64,000 bases of DNA. Source: the human T2T-CHM13v2.0 reference genome, Homo sapiens. Location of the stretch: NCBI RefSeq assembly GCF_009914755.1, contig NC_060928.1; one strand, written 5' to 3'. Position numbers and translations under genes: made by a program. Position 1 is the stretch's first letter, and each line of letters opens with the position of its first letter. Shown here piece after piece: positions 26,150-39,049 of the stretch. The notes beneath the pieces were generated by a model. That model saw only the letters and a program-made list of their open reading frames with translations, did no database searches and was not told the origin of the DNA.

Positions 26150-27200
26150 GGTGTAATGGAAAACTGACAATTTTAATTTTCCCTCAAATTATCATACTCT
26201 AAAATAAATAGAGTTGAGTAACTTCTCCAGTTATTCATTCTGGCAGCACTGCTTCAGCTGAAGACAGTCTACAAGTTGGCAGGCCAGAAGTGATGAGAAA
26301 ATGATCTTAGTTCTTAGAGATAAAACCTGCTAGTTATCAACAACTGAAATTCTGAGAGAGGGTCTTCTGGGGAAAAGCCATTTGCAGCAATAATCTCCTT
26401 TTAGAATTTTAACATGCTTGCCTCCTGCTAAATCCTTTGTGTTGAGGAAGGATGTGAAAAGTCACATTTACTTTCAGCCCTAAATGCAATTCTAAATGAT
26501 CACACCTGGCTTGCTCACCTCATCTGTCAGTCATCAATATTTGAGAGAAGAAACCTCTGTTCTGAAGAAATGGAAAATAAAATGACAGAGCTTAATCCAG
26601 AATTACTATCAGGGCTGTGTTTGCCTTCAGTGTGCATATGCAGCCTTTATGAAGAGCAACATTATTTTTTATCAAATGTTTATGATGTAACCTCACAGAA
26701 ATCAGGGAAAATGGGGAATTTGGCAGGCAATTGGGAAAAGAGAAATGCAATACAATGCTATTTCAGCCTGAGGTCTACTTTGGAGCTAAGCTACTCCAGG
26801 TGTTTTTCTTTTGTCTTCATTTAATGGCTCTTCTAAACACAATGACTTAGTATCAGCCAAGGCAGCAAAATTTACAACGTACTAATTAATAGCAAGATGC
26901 TTAGCTAAGTGATTCTGTCTCTGAGTATGTAATTACATTTTCAGAGGTTTAATTTTTTTCTCTTACCTTCCTTCTGCCAGATTTTACCAGAAGAATAAGG
27001 GAGTATTAGGAACATAAAAAAAAACTCATGTGGCTGAAGCATGATTAATTTTACTTAAGCAATAAGAAATAAGCTACACTACTTATCCTTAGCCATAGTT
27101 ATAGTAGTTGCATCAGTTATGAACTCCAGGGAGCAAGAATAGCAACTCACAAAGGATAACTACAGGTTATAGCTATATATACAGCTTATTCTCACCATTA
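26150..27200 (-). mobile_element. Decayed Ty3/Gypsy pol relic F (RNaseH-integrase)
   Basis: Minus strand: EFITDAT (27126-27106), KKLNL*KCNY (26958-26929, cf. +KL+.++.NY), IAFLFSQLP (cf. AD.LSRLP), FPRRPSLRISV (about 26374-26342, cf. P.+PW.R+.+D), QLVDC (about 26278). Confidence 0.6.
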
Positions 27201-27299
27201 TCACCATTATTTACCAACTTATCTTTTAAAATTGGAGGCAAAATTAGCTCTTTTGCCTGTTCAGACTCTTGAACTTCAAATTATAAGTAAAACATGTTG

Positions 27300-27850
27300 C
27301 TGCACCTGCCCTGCCAATCCCCAGCCCTGCATCCATCCAACTGTTAACTTTCTCAGCTCCCGCTTCCAGGCAGCTGAGCATGGGCAGAGAAAAATCACAT
27401 AACTCCATTTACTGGCACTCTGACAAATCTATGTTCTCCAGTATCAGCTGGGCCCTCTGTGCTACTGGCGGTCCTTTTATTTCTCCCCAGTCAGCTCAGT
27501 TTCAGATTTCCCTTACAGCTGTTCCAAACTATTAACATGCTCTACAATCCCCTCATTCTAAGCAGATGACCTTGCTCATTTATCACAAACAAAATAGAGC
27601 TCCTCTTCTTCCCCTCCATCAGCAAACTGACCCATGAGGACACCTAGCTTTTCCCTCCTTTTTTTGCAAGTCAAAGAAGAGTAATCTCTTCAAATCCCTG
27701 AAGTTATAGAATATTGGACACCATCTCCTCAGGCATCTTCAGGGACCTCATTACATCAGGCATGTCCCCTCACACTTTGGTGTCTTTAATCTATCACTCT
27801 CTGAACTCTGCCTTCTACATTTCAGTCTACACATTGGCTCAGCTTTTTCC
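27300..27850 (+). mobile_element. L2 internal fragment
   Basis: cagctgagcatgggcagagaaaaatcacataac...agcagatgaccttgctcatttatcac..aaaatagagc. Confidence 0.7.
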
Positions 27851-28144
27851 TTGTCACCATGTGTGAGCATGCATGTGTGCAAACACACACACACACAGAA
27901 GCACAATTCTTTAATCATTTCAGCCTCTCACTCATGCTGCAAATTGTCTTGTATAGTAATTATCTGTTTACATGGCAGTTTTCAACTGGTCCAGTGGTTT
28001 TTAATCGTTGTCATGTCACAGATCCCTTGAAAATCTGATTAAAGAAATGGATCTTCTCCCCAGAGACACGCACATACCGACACAGACACACACACACACA
28101 AATGTACATACAATTCCAGGTTGCTCACAGACCCCCTCTAGGAG

Positions 28145-28520
28145 ATGTTACTGTCGCTCATTCGTATTTCCGGTTCTACTCCTCTTCCGGGCACACTGGA
28201 GAATTACACTTCCTTGCTGACTTGAGATAAGTCACAGCTTTGGCCAATGAAGTGTGAATGGAAGTTTTCAGAACCTTTAAGAGCCTGTACGCAATTTGCC
28301 ATGCTTTCTCTTTTTGCTTTGTCACCAAAACCTCTGTGTTCCAGATAGTGACTACTCTGTCTGCGTGGGTCCTGGAGAGAGGAGGATGCAGAGCACAGCA
28401 CTTAGCCAACCTGCAATGGACACGTAGAGTGAGTGAGAAATGAACCTAGTGGTTTAGAGCATCTGGGATTGGGGGATGGTCGATTACTGTTGCAGGACCT
28501 AGGCTGTCCTGCTGCATAGC
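28145..28520 (+). mobile_element. MLT1 (I/J-like) solo LTR
   Basis: gctttggccaatgaagtgtgaatggaag...gccaacctgcaatggacacgtagagtgagtgagaaatgaacct. Confidence 0.75.
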
Positions 28521-29039
28521 AGAGCACTCTCCACCTGATACGAAATAATCTATGTCGGAAAGATCCTATTCAGGGGAGTTTAAGATTTCCTCCTTCCTTT
28601 TCTTAATGAAGTTCCTTTCACCTCATATTGCTACATTTTTTTCTCTTTACCTGCAAGAATCTTTCCCTGGTTCTTCCCAGGGCTCATCCTTCAAATCTCA
28701 GCTCATATGTTACCTCCTCACAGAGGTCCTTCTTGACCTCTTTCCCACCCCTACCCCAACCCCAGCCACTATGATTCACACCAACCATTTCGCTTTTTCA
28801 CAAACTGCATCACAGTCTGTAACAATCTTATTTTCTCTTACTCTTCAGTTCTGAATTCACAATACAGAATTTTTGCTATCAAAAATGATTCATAGATAAC
28901 TAATGTCATGCTACTTGTATTTGTGAACATATGAAAATTAAATGCTTTCAAAATATGGAACTTTTTCATTTGTTTAATATGACAAAAATAGACCATGAAT
29001 GTTCTATAGCAAGTCACATATTTTACATTTTTCAAAACT

Positions 29040-31580
29040 ACGTTAGTAAAAGAAAAAACTAGCTAGAAATATTGGACAGATGTCCAAATGTTTGGATGTG
29101 CATCAAGAACAAACCACTGAACCTTGGTATTTACCCAGTCACCATTAAGAGGTCAACTTGACATTTTGGTTTCTTTTCAGATAGTTGGGGCCAACAGCTC
29201 TTACAACCTTTGACCCAACCCAGTTAAATAGTAGTTTTTGTTACTCATTGATATACAGTTTTTGTTTTATGTGCTTTTTAAAATTTTACTCAGTTCAGTT
29301 TAAAATTTTACTCCCCAAATGGTCTTCCTTTATAATGACAGCCAGAATTAATCCTGACATTTCAGAAACTATTGAATGGCTAACCCTTTGTTCTGTGTCC
29401 AGGGATATAGGTATAATATCTTGTCACAGAGTAAATAATCAATTCATACTTGTTAAATTAATGAATGAAATCAGTATTATAAAATTACCAAATAGCTCTT
29501 TCATTTGACTTTAATATATATAACTAATGACAATAAAAGATAGTAAGTGTTCTAATTTTAAAAATCAAAGTTTTAGCCTTGTTAGTTTACCTGTCTACAA
29601 ACATGTTTATTGCTTAAGAATTTCAGATATGTAGAACTTAAAATCAGCATATAAGTTTTCTATTTTCATTGCCTTTGTAAATGTGTTAAACAATACTGAC
29701 ATTTGAGAAGAAATTCAGAAGCTATGATACTGTTCTTCCAGCCTATAATAGATTTGGAAAATATTCTCTAGAAATCTATCTCTTCAAATATTAAATTACA
29801 AAAGTAGAAAGCTTTAGGATTCTCTTAGTTATTAGAATAGGATAGAAAGTCTTGATGAGAACAACCAAATAAAATGTTTTAAAACTGCTATAGAAATAAG
29901 CTTGATTTGGAAACAAAATTAAGTTTATTTTTGTTTTTTTTCTTAAACTTTTTTTGTTTTCTTTAAATTTTCTGTGTGGTAGTGCGTATTGCCAAATAGC
30001 GTCCCTTAAAATGTTGCCTTATCTCTGACATTAAATGTGTAAGCAGCAGGTAATAGGTACATTTTTCAACCTATCTTTTACAAAAATTCTCATATGCAAT
30101 TTAAAAATAACATGAACTTTCAGAATGGGGTTAGGTGTTTTTTTCTGTCTTTTTAGATTGTCTTCTTTCAATTAACTAATTTTTAAAAAGTGATTACCTA
30201 TGAACTGCTACCCTGTTTTAAGAGAATGTGAGTAATTAGATGGTACTTAGTATCTATAACACTGGACATGCAGATGTGTGTGCACACACGTGTATGTGTA
30301 GGGTAGAGGGCTTTTAAAAATAATTTTGCATACAATGAAGGACATCTCTCAATTCCTCATCACTGCAACACAACCTTCAAATAAAAATTACAAATGATTC
30401 TTTTCTGCTCTAGAAAATTTCAACCAAACACATAACTTTCACAGAAATAGTTGCTATAGAAATGCAAAGGGGACAAATACTGAATTATGCTGTCAAAAAA
30501 TTGCAACTAAAGTAGGGCAGTATCAAGGTTTATGTTTAATAATGCTGACTGTATGTATTCTTGACTTTATGTATACTCTAAATTGAATGTTCTGAGTCCC
30601 AAATTGGAAGGTACTTCGCTACCAAAATGAAAATATTTTAGCATGCATTCTAGATTAGAAAATCAGTACATGCCAAGAAAGGTTCATTTGTACAAAAATG
30701 GTAAAATTTAATAAATAATGGATTCAAATAATGCCAATTACTTTTCTTCATTTCATACAAAATTTCATTTTTTAATAATATACCAAGGTAATAAATGCTG
30801 TTTATGACTTATTAAATTTACATAGTACTGCAGCTTATCAATACCCTGTGAACTGCAAAAAAACAAATACCTTTACAGTAATATTGGTCATGAAAATAGT
30901 GGGGAAACCTTACAATTGTGAGAATGTGCAAATGTTCTCACTAAGGCAGTAATGACCCAGACAACTACTGAGTATGTGTCCCCTCAAATGCCTCAAAATT
31001 CTGTAATGCTCATTGTGAAACACGTCAGTGCACAGTATTTCAAAATTTCAGCACATACAAAATGTCATTGTATGAAATGAAGAAAAGTTACATTTCCTGC
31101 ACAAGATTTGTAGACACCTTGGCTCACAAGAATAAATGCTGCTTCAGGTTTTGACATGTCTTTCATTTAATTTGCTAATGCGCTTATTTTGAAATAGTGT
31201 CCTATGATAACATTTAGGGTAACATTAACCTTTATGTTTATTAATGAAAAGAAGATCATAGGATAAATCTCCTAAAAATGTTTGGCTCTGTTTTTAGCTT
31301 GTTTGGAAATTATACTTTAAATACTGAATTGCCACCAAAGCCTCTGGTAAATGTGAAGGTAGCGCTCAAACTCTTGCAGCCTTTGATCTTGTCAATTCGT
31401 TTTATAAGAGAGAAAAATTTCATCAGTCAACTGCAACCTTATAATTTTAGGAAGAAGTGATTTTAGAAGATTCATACATCCTATGTTCTAAAACCAAAAT
31501 AGCCCTATTGTTAAAAATAAGATAGCTGTGGCCAACAGCTCTTACCACCTTTGTCCCCAAGCCAGTTAAATAGTCGTAAA
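29040..31580 (+). mobile_element. Decayed Ty3/Gypsy pol relics G (two RT-RNaseH linker copies; RT at about 30900-31580)
   Basis: PTALTTFDPTQ (ORF 29185). KFQHIQNVIV (31043-31072) and in-frame LLQVLTCL (31139-31162). ELPPKPLVNVK..KLL..IRFI..NF (ORF 31278). PTALTTFVPKPV (about 31532-31567). Confidence 0.55.
29179..31574. repeat. Direct repeat pair of about 55 bp: 29179-29232 and 31520-31574
   Basis: agatag.tg.ggccaacagctcttac.acctttg.ccc(c)aa.ccagttaaatagt occurs at both sites. Confidence 0.92.
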
Positions 31581-32029
31581 TAGTTGATTTTTATATTCAT
31601 GTTATGAATATAAAAATCATATTCATAATATAACATTTAACCTATTCATGTTACAAAACTTAACTGCTGGTTACCAATATTATCAATAGAATCTGCTGAA
31701 GAGAATAAAAAGAGGGAGGGGAGAGAGAAAAAGAAACCTCTCAGAAATACGATAGAACATTAGTCACCTCTCTACACCTTCCTCTCTGAAAATATCAATC
31801 CTATGAATTCAATACCTTTCTATTTTACCCAGCTTTAGCAAGATTATAATCAAAATTTTATCTGAATCCATCTTATACTTAAGTGAGTTTTTCAGATTCA
31901 GTTTGGAAGAATGGAAGAGCATGGGTTATGGTGTTGAATACGCAAGAGTTCAAAGTAAAGCTCCAACATGTGCTGTCAATCTTGGTCAAGATGTAACACT
32001 TCTGTTTTTTCATCTATAAAATCAAAAGA

Positions 32030-32720
32030 CACTTGTCACATAATGATCTGAATTTTGTATCAATGCTCCATTGAAATTATCTTCATGAAGATCACCCATA
32101 CTCTTTTAATTCTAAAATTTCATAAATATTTAGCTCTGATTATATTTCACCTTTTTGACATATTTGATTGTTTATCATTTCACAGTTCTTAAAAGTGTTC
32201 TTTTAATTTAAAGTGTTTAAAGTGTTTTTAAAGTGCTCTTTAATTCTATTTTGGTTTCTGTGACCTATCCTTTTCTGCCTTTTTTTTTTCCTTTCTAGGG
32301 GTCCATTTTTCACTCTTTTGCAGACTGCTCTCTCTGCTGTTCATTAAGCGACCTCTGTGCTCTTCTCCCTCTGAACTGTCTTCCCAAAATATTTTATCCA
32401 CTATTCCTCCTGCCTCATGGCTTCAACCATCACCTATAAGCTGATGATTGCCCTATATGTGCCTGCTTTCCACATCTCTGTCCCAAGCTCCTGCCTATTG
32501 GATAAATTCACTGGGTTGTTCTGAGTGCCATCCAAAACTCCACCCACTTTAACCCAAGATAGAAAGCTGGAACACATCCCAGACTCCTTACTCTACCTCA
32601 TTCTGCTCTGCTATCCCACTAGTGATAGCTTATTGGTTCTACCTCTAAAATATGTATTTCTTCTTATTTCTGCCACTGCCATAGTTCAGTTCCTCCGGGC
32701 AGATCAATGGAATAGCCTCC
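32030..32720 (+). mobile_element. L2 fragment
   Basis: catggcttcaaccatcacctataagctgatgattgccc...ggttctacctctaaaatat...tctgccactgccatagttcag. Confidence 0.7.
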
Positions 32721-33897
32721 ATATTATTCAGAGTCTTCTCAGTGTTGTGATAAAGAATGTTTGTGGCAAATGCTGGAACCAAAATCTCAGTGGTTTAGCA
32801 CAATAAACATGTATTTCTTGTTCATGTCACAATCCAGCACAGGTTGGTGGACAGGATCTGCTTCATTCAGGTGACCAGGCTTCTTCCTTCTAGTAGTTAT
32901 ACCACCCCCTAGTAGCTTAAAATTTCCCCCAAACCCTTGTATCTGGCAGGCAGGTGAGGGAAGGGAGAGTGGAGTTTGGTTATGGGCTTGCTGTATATAC
33001 AGTGGTGGAGCAGGGACAGCGTAACTACAATTAAAATTCCCATTCAAAAAAGGGAATCAGAGGATGTACATGTTCACTAGGCCACTACAATTCTACAATC
33101 CTGTTTGGCAGGCCTCGAGATGTCCCCTAGCCTGGGGAGAGGATAAATTTGTGGATTAGATTTTAATTCTGCTCTCTGGAAATAAGTCTTTTGTCTTTTT
33201 CTTGTTTGACCCTCAGCCTTTCCCTTTAGAAGTTCTTATTGTTTATTTATTCCTTTTGGACACAGCTGAAATGAGTGTAGCCAAAGTAAAAAGGTGATTT
33301 TAAAGGTCAGACAAAGCTGTTTTAATCAGATATTTTGGATTTCTTGACAATACAAGTTCTTCAAAATCTTGGTAGGCTTCTGTTGTATTTGCTTCTATGT
33401 ACAATTCTCAGGTCTTTTCTCCTTTTTTTTTTTTCTCTCTCTCTCTCTCCAGCTCTCTTTGGCCATTAATCTGATCTGTATCTAAGTCATAGTGTTCAGC
33501 TAAAAAGTCTTTCTGGGCCTTGTGGTTCTGTGTGGGATCTAGAAGCAGATGGATTTCCACCATCGTTCACTCAAGTCTGGATACTTTCTATTGTTTTCCA
33601 TCTGGCTTGGAAACTAGCCATTTCTGTCTGAGTTCATCTCTTTCTTGAAACACCTTACCAAAGGAAGCCAATAAGAGCTATGACACAGTAACACTGTGGT
33701 TCTTTTAAAACCAGTCCCCACAAGCAGCAGTTTTCAAAGCATAATCTGCACAATTCTGGAAATCCCAAAGACTCTTTTAGTGGATCCATGAGGTCAAAAT
33801 TATTTTCATAATAATATTAAGATGTATTTGCTTTTTCTACTGTATTGACATTTGCACCAATGGTGCCAAAGCAATGGTGAGTAAAACTGTTGGTGCT

Positions 33898-34259
33898 TGT
33901 ATTCATCTGTTATCATGTTGTTAATAAAGACATACCTGAGACCGGGTAATTTATAAAGAAATGAGGTTTAATAGACTCACAGTTCCACATGACTGGGGAG
34001 GCCTCACAAATCACGGTAGACGGCAAGGAGGAGCAAGTCATGTCTTACATGGATGGCAACAGTCAAGAAAAAGAGAGCTTCTGCAGGGGACCTCCTCTTT
34101 ATAAAACCATCAGATCTCATAAGACTTATTCACTGTCATGAGAAAGACTCACCCCCATCATTCAATTACCTCTCACTAGGTCCCTCCCATGACATGTGGG
34201 CATTGTGGGAGCTACAATTCAAGATGAGATTTGGGTTGTGACACAGCAAAACCATATCA
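33898..34259 (-). mobile_element. THE1B-like solo LTR
   Basis: tgtattcatctgttatcatgttgttaataaagacatacctgagacc...gacacagcaaaaccatatca. Flanks gtgct and gttct form an imperfect 5-bp TSD. Confidence 0.92.
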
Positions 34260-35339
34260 GTTCTTTAGCATAAATCAAGGCAAAATTACCAAATTGTATC
34301 ATATCATTTTATTATGTCATTGCATCACTTTCATCACCATGATCTCACAGGTTTAAAAAGTTTTGCTTAAGAATACCCTAATGAAACAGTTAAAATTTAT
34401 GCATTTTCTTAAAGCTCAACACTTGAGTTACAAATCTTTTAAGTATTCTGTGGGACTACAAGGAAAGAACACATAAAGCACTTCTGCTGCATACCCAAGT
34501 ACAATGGTTGTCTTGAGGAAAAGCAATGTGTGATTGTTTGAGTTGCAAACTGAACTTGTCTCTTTTTCGTGGAATACCACTTTTGCTTGAAAGAACAAGT
34601 GATAAACAAAATATGGTTATTCATACTTGGATATTTGGCAGTCATTTTCTTGAAAATAAGTGAAGTGAGCCTGTCACTTGAAGGCAAACAACCTGACGGT
34701 ATTTGGTGCCAATGATAAAATCTGAGCTTTCAACTGAAAATTAGAATTTTGGAAAACTTGTATCCACTACTGTGAGCTTGACAGCTTCTGAATACTTAAA
34801 GAATTTTTATGAGATCCATGGTGATATTAACAAATGTTATTTTAAAAAATATTATATAAGGAAATGTGCCTATTACATAACTCAGTGAAATAATATTTTC
34901 CAATCAATACAAGATATTATAAAATCATGCATAGGTAAAGGATCCATTTAAAGTGGATTTAATGTACTAGAGTGTGAAAAGTTTATTGATATGGTTTCAG
35001 ATTCCACGTTGCAATATACTTTTATAAAATTTTCACTTTTGAGTCATGATATAATATAAAAGAATGTCAACAATTATGTGAAAAGACTATTAAAATATTC
35101 CTTCAAAAGAAGGAGTATTGTTCTTCCAACAAGAAATACCTACACATCTATATGGGACTAGATTTTCTTCACTTATTTCAATTAAGACAACATATCACAA
35201 CAGAATGGATGAAGAAGCAAGTAAGAATCTAAATGTCCTCTATTAACTAGACAATATAGAGTTTTGCAAAAATGTAAAACAATGCCGTTCTTTTTACTAT
35301 TTATTTTGCAAATATAATTATCCTAAAAATACATTTTTA

Positions 35340-36150
35340 CAGAGAAAATAAAATTCTTATACACTTTTGGTGAGAATATAAACTAGTCCAACCACTATGA
35401 AGAAGAGTATGGCGGTTCCTCCAAAAACTAAAATAGAACTACCATATGATCCAGCAATCCCACTACTGGGCATTTATCCAAAGGAAAGGAAGTCAGTGTA
35501 TCAAAAAGACATCTGTACCTCCATGTTTATTACAACACTATTTACAAGAGCCAAGATACAGAATCAGCCTAGGTGTCCAACAACAGATGAATGGATAAAG
35601 AAAATGTGGTATGTATATGTATGTGTATATACATACATATATACACACACAATGGACTACTATTCAGCCATGAAAGAGAATGAAATCCTGTCACTCTCAG
35701 CAACATCGATGCAACTGGAATTCATTATGTTAAGTGAAATAAACCATTTTCTGGTGCTGACCAGAAAGTTGAACACCACATGTTCTCACTTACATGTTGA
35801 AAGTAAAAAAATAAGTTGATCTCACAGAAGTAATTGGCTAGAAGAGGAGGGGGAGAGGGGATAGATATTTATTATATAAAAGATATAAAATTGTATATAA
35901 AATTATATAAAGATATAAAATTATAGCCAGGTAGGATAAGTAGGTTCTTTGTGTTCTATACCACTGTAGAATGACTATAGTTAACAATAATATATAGTTT
36001 CAAATAGCTAAGAAGAGGATATTGAATGTTTCCAACACAAATAAATGATAAACGTTTGAGATGATGGATATGATAATTACCCTGATCTGATCACTTTACA
36101 TGTAGCAAAACATCACTATGCACACCACAAATATATCCATTATGACAATT
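35340..36150 (+). mobile_element. L1MA-type LINE-1 3' fragment
   Basis: ORF 35397-35819 (KIELPYDPAIPLLGIYPKE...CTSMF..WIKKMW) is the ORF2 C-terminus, followed by an L1MA 3' UTR. Confidence 0.9.
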
Positions 36151-36347
36151 TTAATTTTCTTTAATGTTATTTATGTTAACATGATACTTACTATTTTCAA
36201 TTCATTATTTTTTAAATGTTTATTTCAATTTTAAATGGTAATTTTTGCTAGATATAACTTATAAACAAAAGATTTTTATGGTCCTCAATAGTTTGTAAAA
36301 GGGTAAAACAGCTCTGAGAATAAAAAGTTTGAGAATCACTGTCCTAG

Positions 36348-36576
36348 ATATGAATCAGCAAAATATGGCCTGCATATAAAAACCAGCTCATTGCCTGTTT
36401 TATAAAGTTTTTTTTTTTAGAACACAGCCACAACCATTTGCTTACCTGTTGTCATGTTGCTTTCATGTTGTAATAGCAGAGTTAAATAATTGCAACAGAG
36501 ATAGTATTACTCCCAAGGCCAACTCCTAAAATTCTTACTATCTGGCCTTTTACGGAAAGAGTTTGCTGATCCTTGC
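36348..36576. mobile_element. MER58A hAT MITE
   Basis: cagcaaaatatggcctg...gaacacagccacaaccatttgcttac...tactatctggccttttacggaaagagtttgctgatcc. Confidence 0.8.
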
Positions 36577-36579
36577 CCT

Positions 36580-36753
36580 ACAGCTTTGGTTCTCAATCCT
36601 AGCTGTTAAATAATACTAACGCCGCCTTCCCCTCAACACATACACAGAAACCATTTAATTAAATCAGAATCTCTGGGAGTGGTCTTTGAGTAGGAATAAG
36701 TTTTTTAAATTCCTCAGGTGATTTTGAAATGCAGCCAAGGTTAAGAATCACTG
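36580..36753. mobile_element. MER5A hAT MITE
   Basis: ggttctcaatcctagctg...aaatcagaatctctgggagtgg...caggtgattttgaaatgcagccaaggttaagaatcactg. Confidence 0.85.
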
Positions 36754-37295
36754 TGTTAAACTGTAGAGATCTTTAGGCATAATGTCTGCCTTCCAAGTTA
36801 TTCCAGACAACAACTTATAAAAATTGCTCCCCTTTATAACATAGTTTATTTCCAGCCCCTAATAGAAGGGTCCTGCCCATGGGCCAAACACTAAGTCAAT
36901 GCCACCTGCACTGATTTGTATTTTTGTTATATCATCAACACCCTACCACCACATTGAAATTCAAAGGTCATGTTAGAGTGTTTGCTCTGGCAAATACTTT
37001 GCAAATTTCAGTGGCTTAACACAAGAAAAGCTTTATTTCTCATGCAAACGGAGTGCAATGTGCTTGGTAGGGATCTCTGCTCCTCTTAGGGTTCTAGCTG
37101 CTTCTGGCTAGAGACCCTGCCATCCCGCAGTGCCTCCAAGTACTGTGCCAGATCCCTCTACATTCAACCAGTAGAAGAGAGAAAAGAAAAAGCATGGAGG
37201 ATTACATGAGAAGTGTTTTAGGGGCCCGGATAAGGCACGCATTAACTCCTACTGCACAGAGCTTGGTCATATTAGCCACAACAATACAAAGAAGG

Positions 37296-37591
37296 GGCCG
37301 GGTGCAGTGGCTCACACATGTAATACCAGCACTTTGGGAGGCCGAGGCAGGCATATTGCCTGAGGTCAGAAGTTCGAGACCAGTCTGGCTAACATGGTGA
37401 AACCCTGTCTCTATTAAAAATACAAAAAAATTAGCTGGGCGAGGTGGCACACACCTGTAGTCCCAGCTACTCAAGAGGCTGAGGCAGGAGAATCGCTTGA
37501 ACCCAAGAGGCGGAGGTTGCAGTGAGCTGAGATCACGCTACTGTGCTCCAGCCTGAGTGACAGAGCAAGACTCTGTCTCAAAAAAAAAAAA
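37296..37591 (+). mobile_element. AluS SINE
   Basis: Full dimer, cctgaggtcagaagttcgagaccag...gcaggagaatcgcttgaaccc, with an A tail. Confidence 0.93.
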
Positions 37592-37720
37592 GGAACAAAA
37601 TTCAGTCTACCTCTCTAACAAAGAGGAAAGCAAAACGGTTTGGTGAACCGGGAACTGGCTTTATCCCTTCATACACTCTTTCGTTACTAGTCTCCTATAT
37701 GGAGCACCCCTCAGGCCCCT

Positions 37721-38216
37721 TGAGGTAGGTAGAATAACAGCCTACCAGAAATGTCCACATCCTAGTCCCCAGAACCGGTGAATATGTTTTATGGAAAAAA
37801 ATGAACTTTTGCAGATGTGATTAAAGTTAAGGACCTTGATATGAGGAGATTTTCCTGGATTACTCAGGTAGCCTCAATCTAATCACATGAGCCTTTAAAA
37901 TCAAAGAACATTTCTGGTCTGTGGTTAGAGACATGTGAAGATGGAAGACTGGTCAGAGAGCGCAATGTGGCTGGAGAAAGATGGAGGAAGAGAGCCGTGA
38001 GCCAAGAAAAATGGGCAGCCTCTAGAGGCTGGGAAAGGCAAAGAAAGGGATTTTGTCGCTTCCAGCCTCCAGAAAGGAATACGGCGCTGCCCATACCTTG
38101 ACTTTAGTATAGTGAGACCTGTGCTGGATGTCAGTCCTAAAGAACTATAAGATAAATTGGTGTTTTAAGTCACTAACTTTGTGGCAATTTGTTATAGCAG
38201 CCATTGAAACCATACA
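37721..38216 (+). mobile_element. MLT1D-like solo LTR
   Basis: tgaggtaggtagaataac...gtccacatcctagtccccagaacc...gtggcaatttgttatagcagccattgaaaccataca with TG...CA termini. Confidence 0.85.
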
Positions 38217-39049
38217 CCTTTCTCTTCCATGTTTGTACTGCTGTCAGTGACAGTCCTAAATTTCAAATCTTAATGGGTTATTCCTTTTCTCAAATTCCTT
38301 CAATCGCTTCTAACTCATTCACTTAATAAAAACACACTAAGCAACTACAATGTGTCAGACACTCTCCCAGCCCTCTGGATTGCCACTTGAGTGAGGCAGG
38401 CATGGTTGCTGCTGTACTGGAGCTTAGCGGATAGCAACTGCAAGACGCAACTTAAAACTCTTTAGCATGCCTTTAGTGCCTGCATGAGCTAACTCCAAAC
38501 CACCTGCATAACACCATCTCTTGGCTCTTCTCTGTCAGAAAAAAAAAAAGCCATAAGACTTCTAACATAACGAACTCATTAAACTTCTAAGATTCCACAG
38601 TATTCCATGGCACTTTTTAGGACATTCCTGGCCACAGTATGAAACTTTGTTCTGCCCTCCCAACTCCTTGTCTACCTAGAAAACAATGACTTCTCTCTCA
38701 AGAGTTATCTCAGACATCACTCCAGAGAAATAAGTCCACTCCTAGATTCCCTCCTGTATTTCTCATTGCAGAGTTTATATATCCAATTTTGTATTTATTT
38801 TACTGAATTACAATTGTCCCTTTCCCCACCTTCATTATGGCTTTTAACAGATTTAGAGAGAAGTTCCTAGTAAATTTATTTTTAAATAAAGGTTGAGAGT
38901 TCTCATTCATTCATTCATTCTCTCAAAATAAGTTAATTAAAACATATACTTTGCCAGAACTTAATCTGCAGGAAGATAGATCGTATCATTAAAAAAATCC
39001 CAAAATAGGAAAACCTGGATAAGCTTGTAACGACCCCCCTTTTTTCCAA

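Larger units (their letters stand above)
33725..36341 (+). mobile_element. Charlie1a-like hAT DNA transposon, interrupted by THE1 and L1MA
   Basis: Terminal inverted repeats cagcagttttcaaa (33725-33738) and tttgagaatcactg (36328-36341). Internal gacatttgcaccaatggtgccaaagcaatggtgagtaaaactg and other transposase remnants. Confidence 0.8.
32740..37660 (-). mobile_element. MLT1 (J/K-like) two-LTR remnant with internal sequence, hosting nested insertions
   Basis: Similar LTR-like segments at about 32740-33000 (aaatctcagtggtttagcacaataaacatgtatttctt) and about 36980-37660 (aaatttcagtggcttaacacaagaaaagctttatttctc). MLT-internal-like sequence at about 33000-33720 and 36760-36950. Confidence 0.5.
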
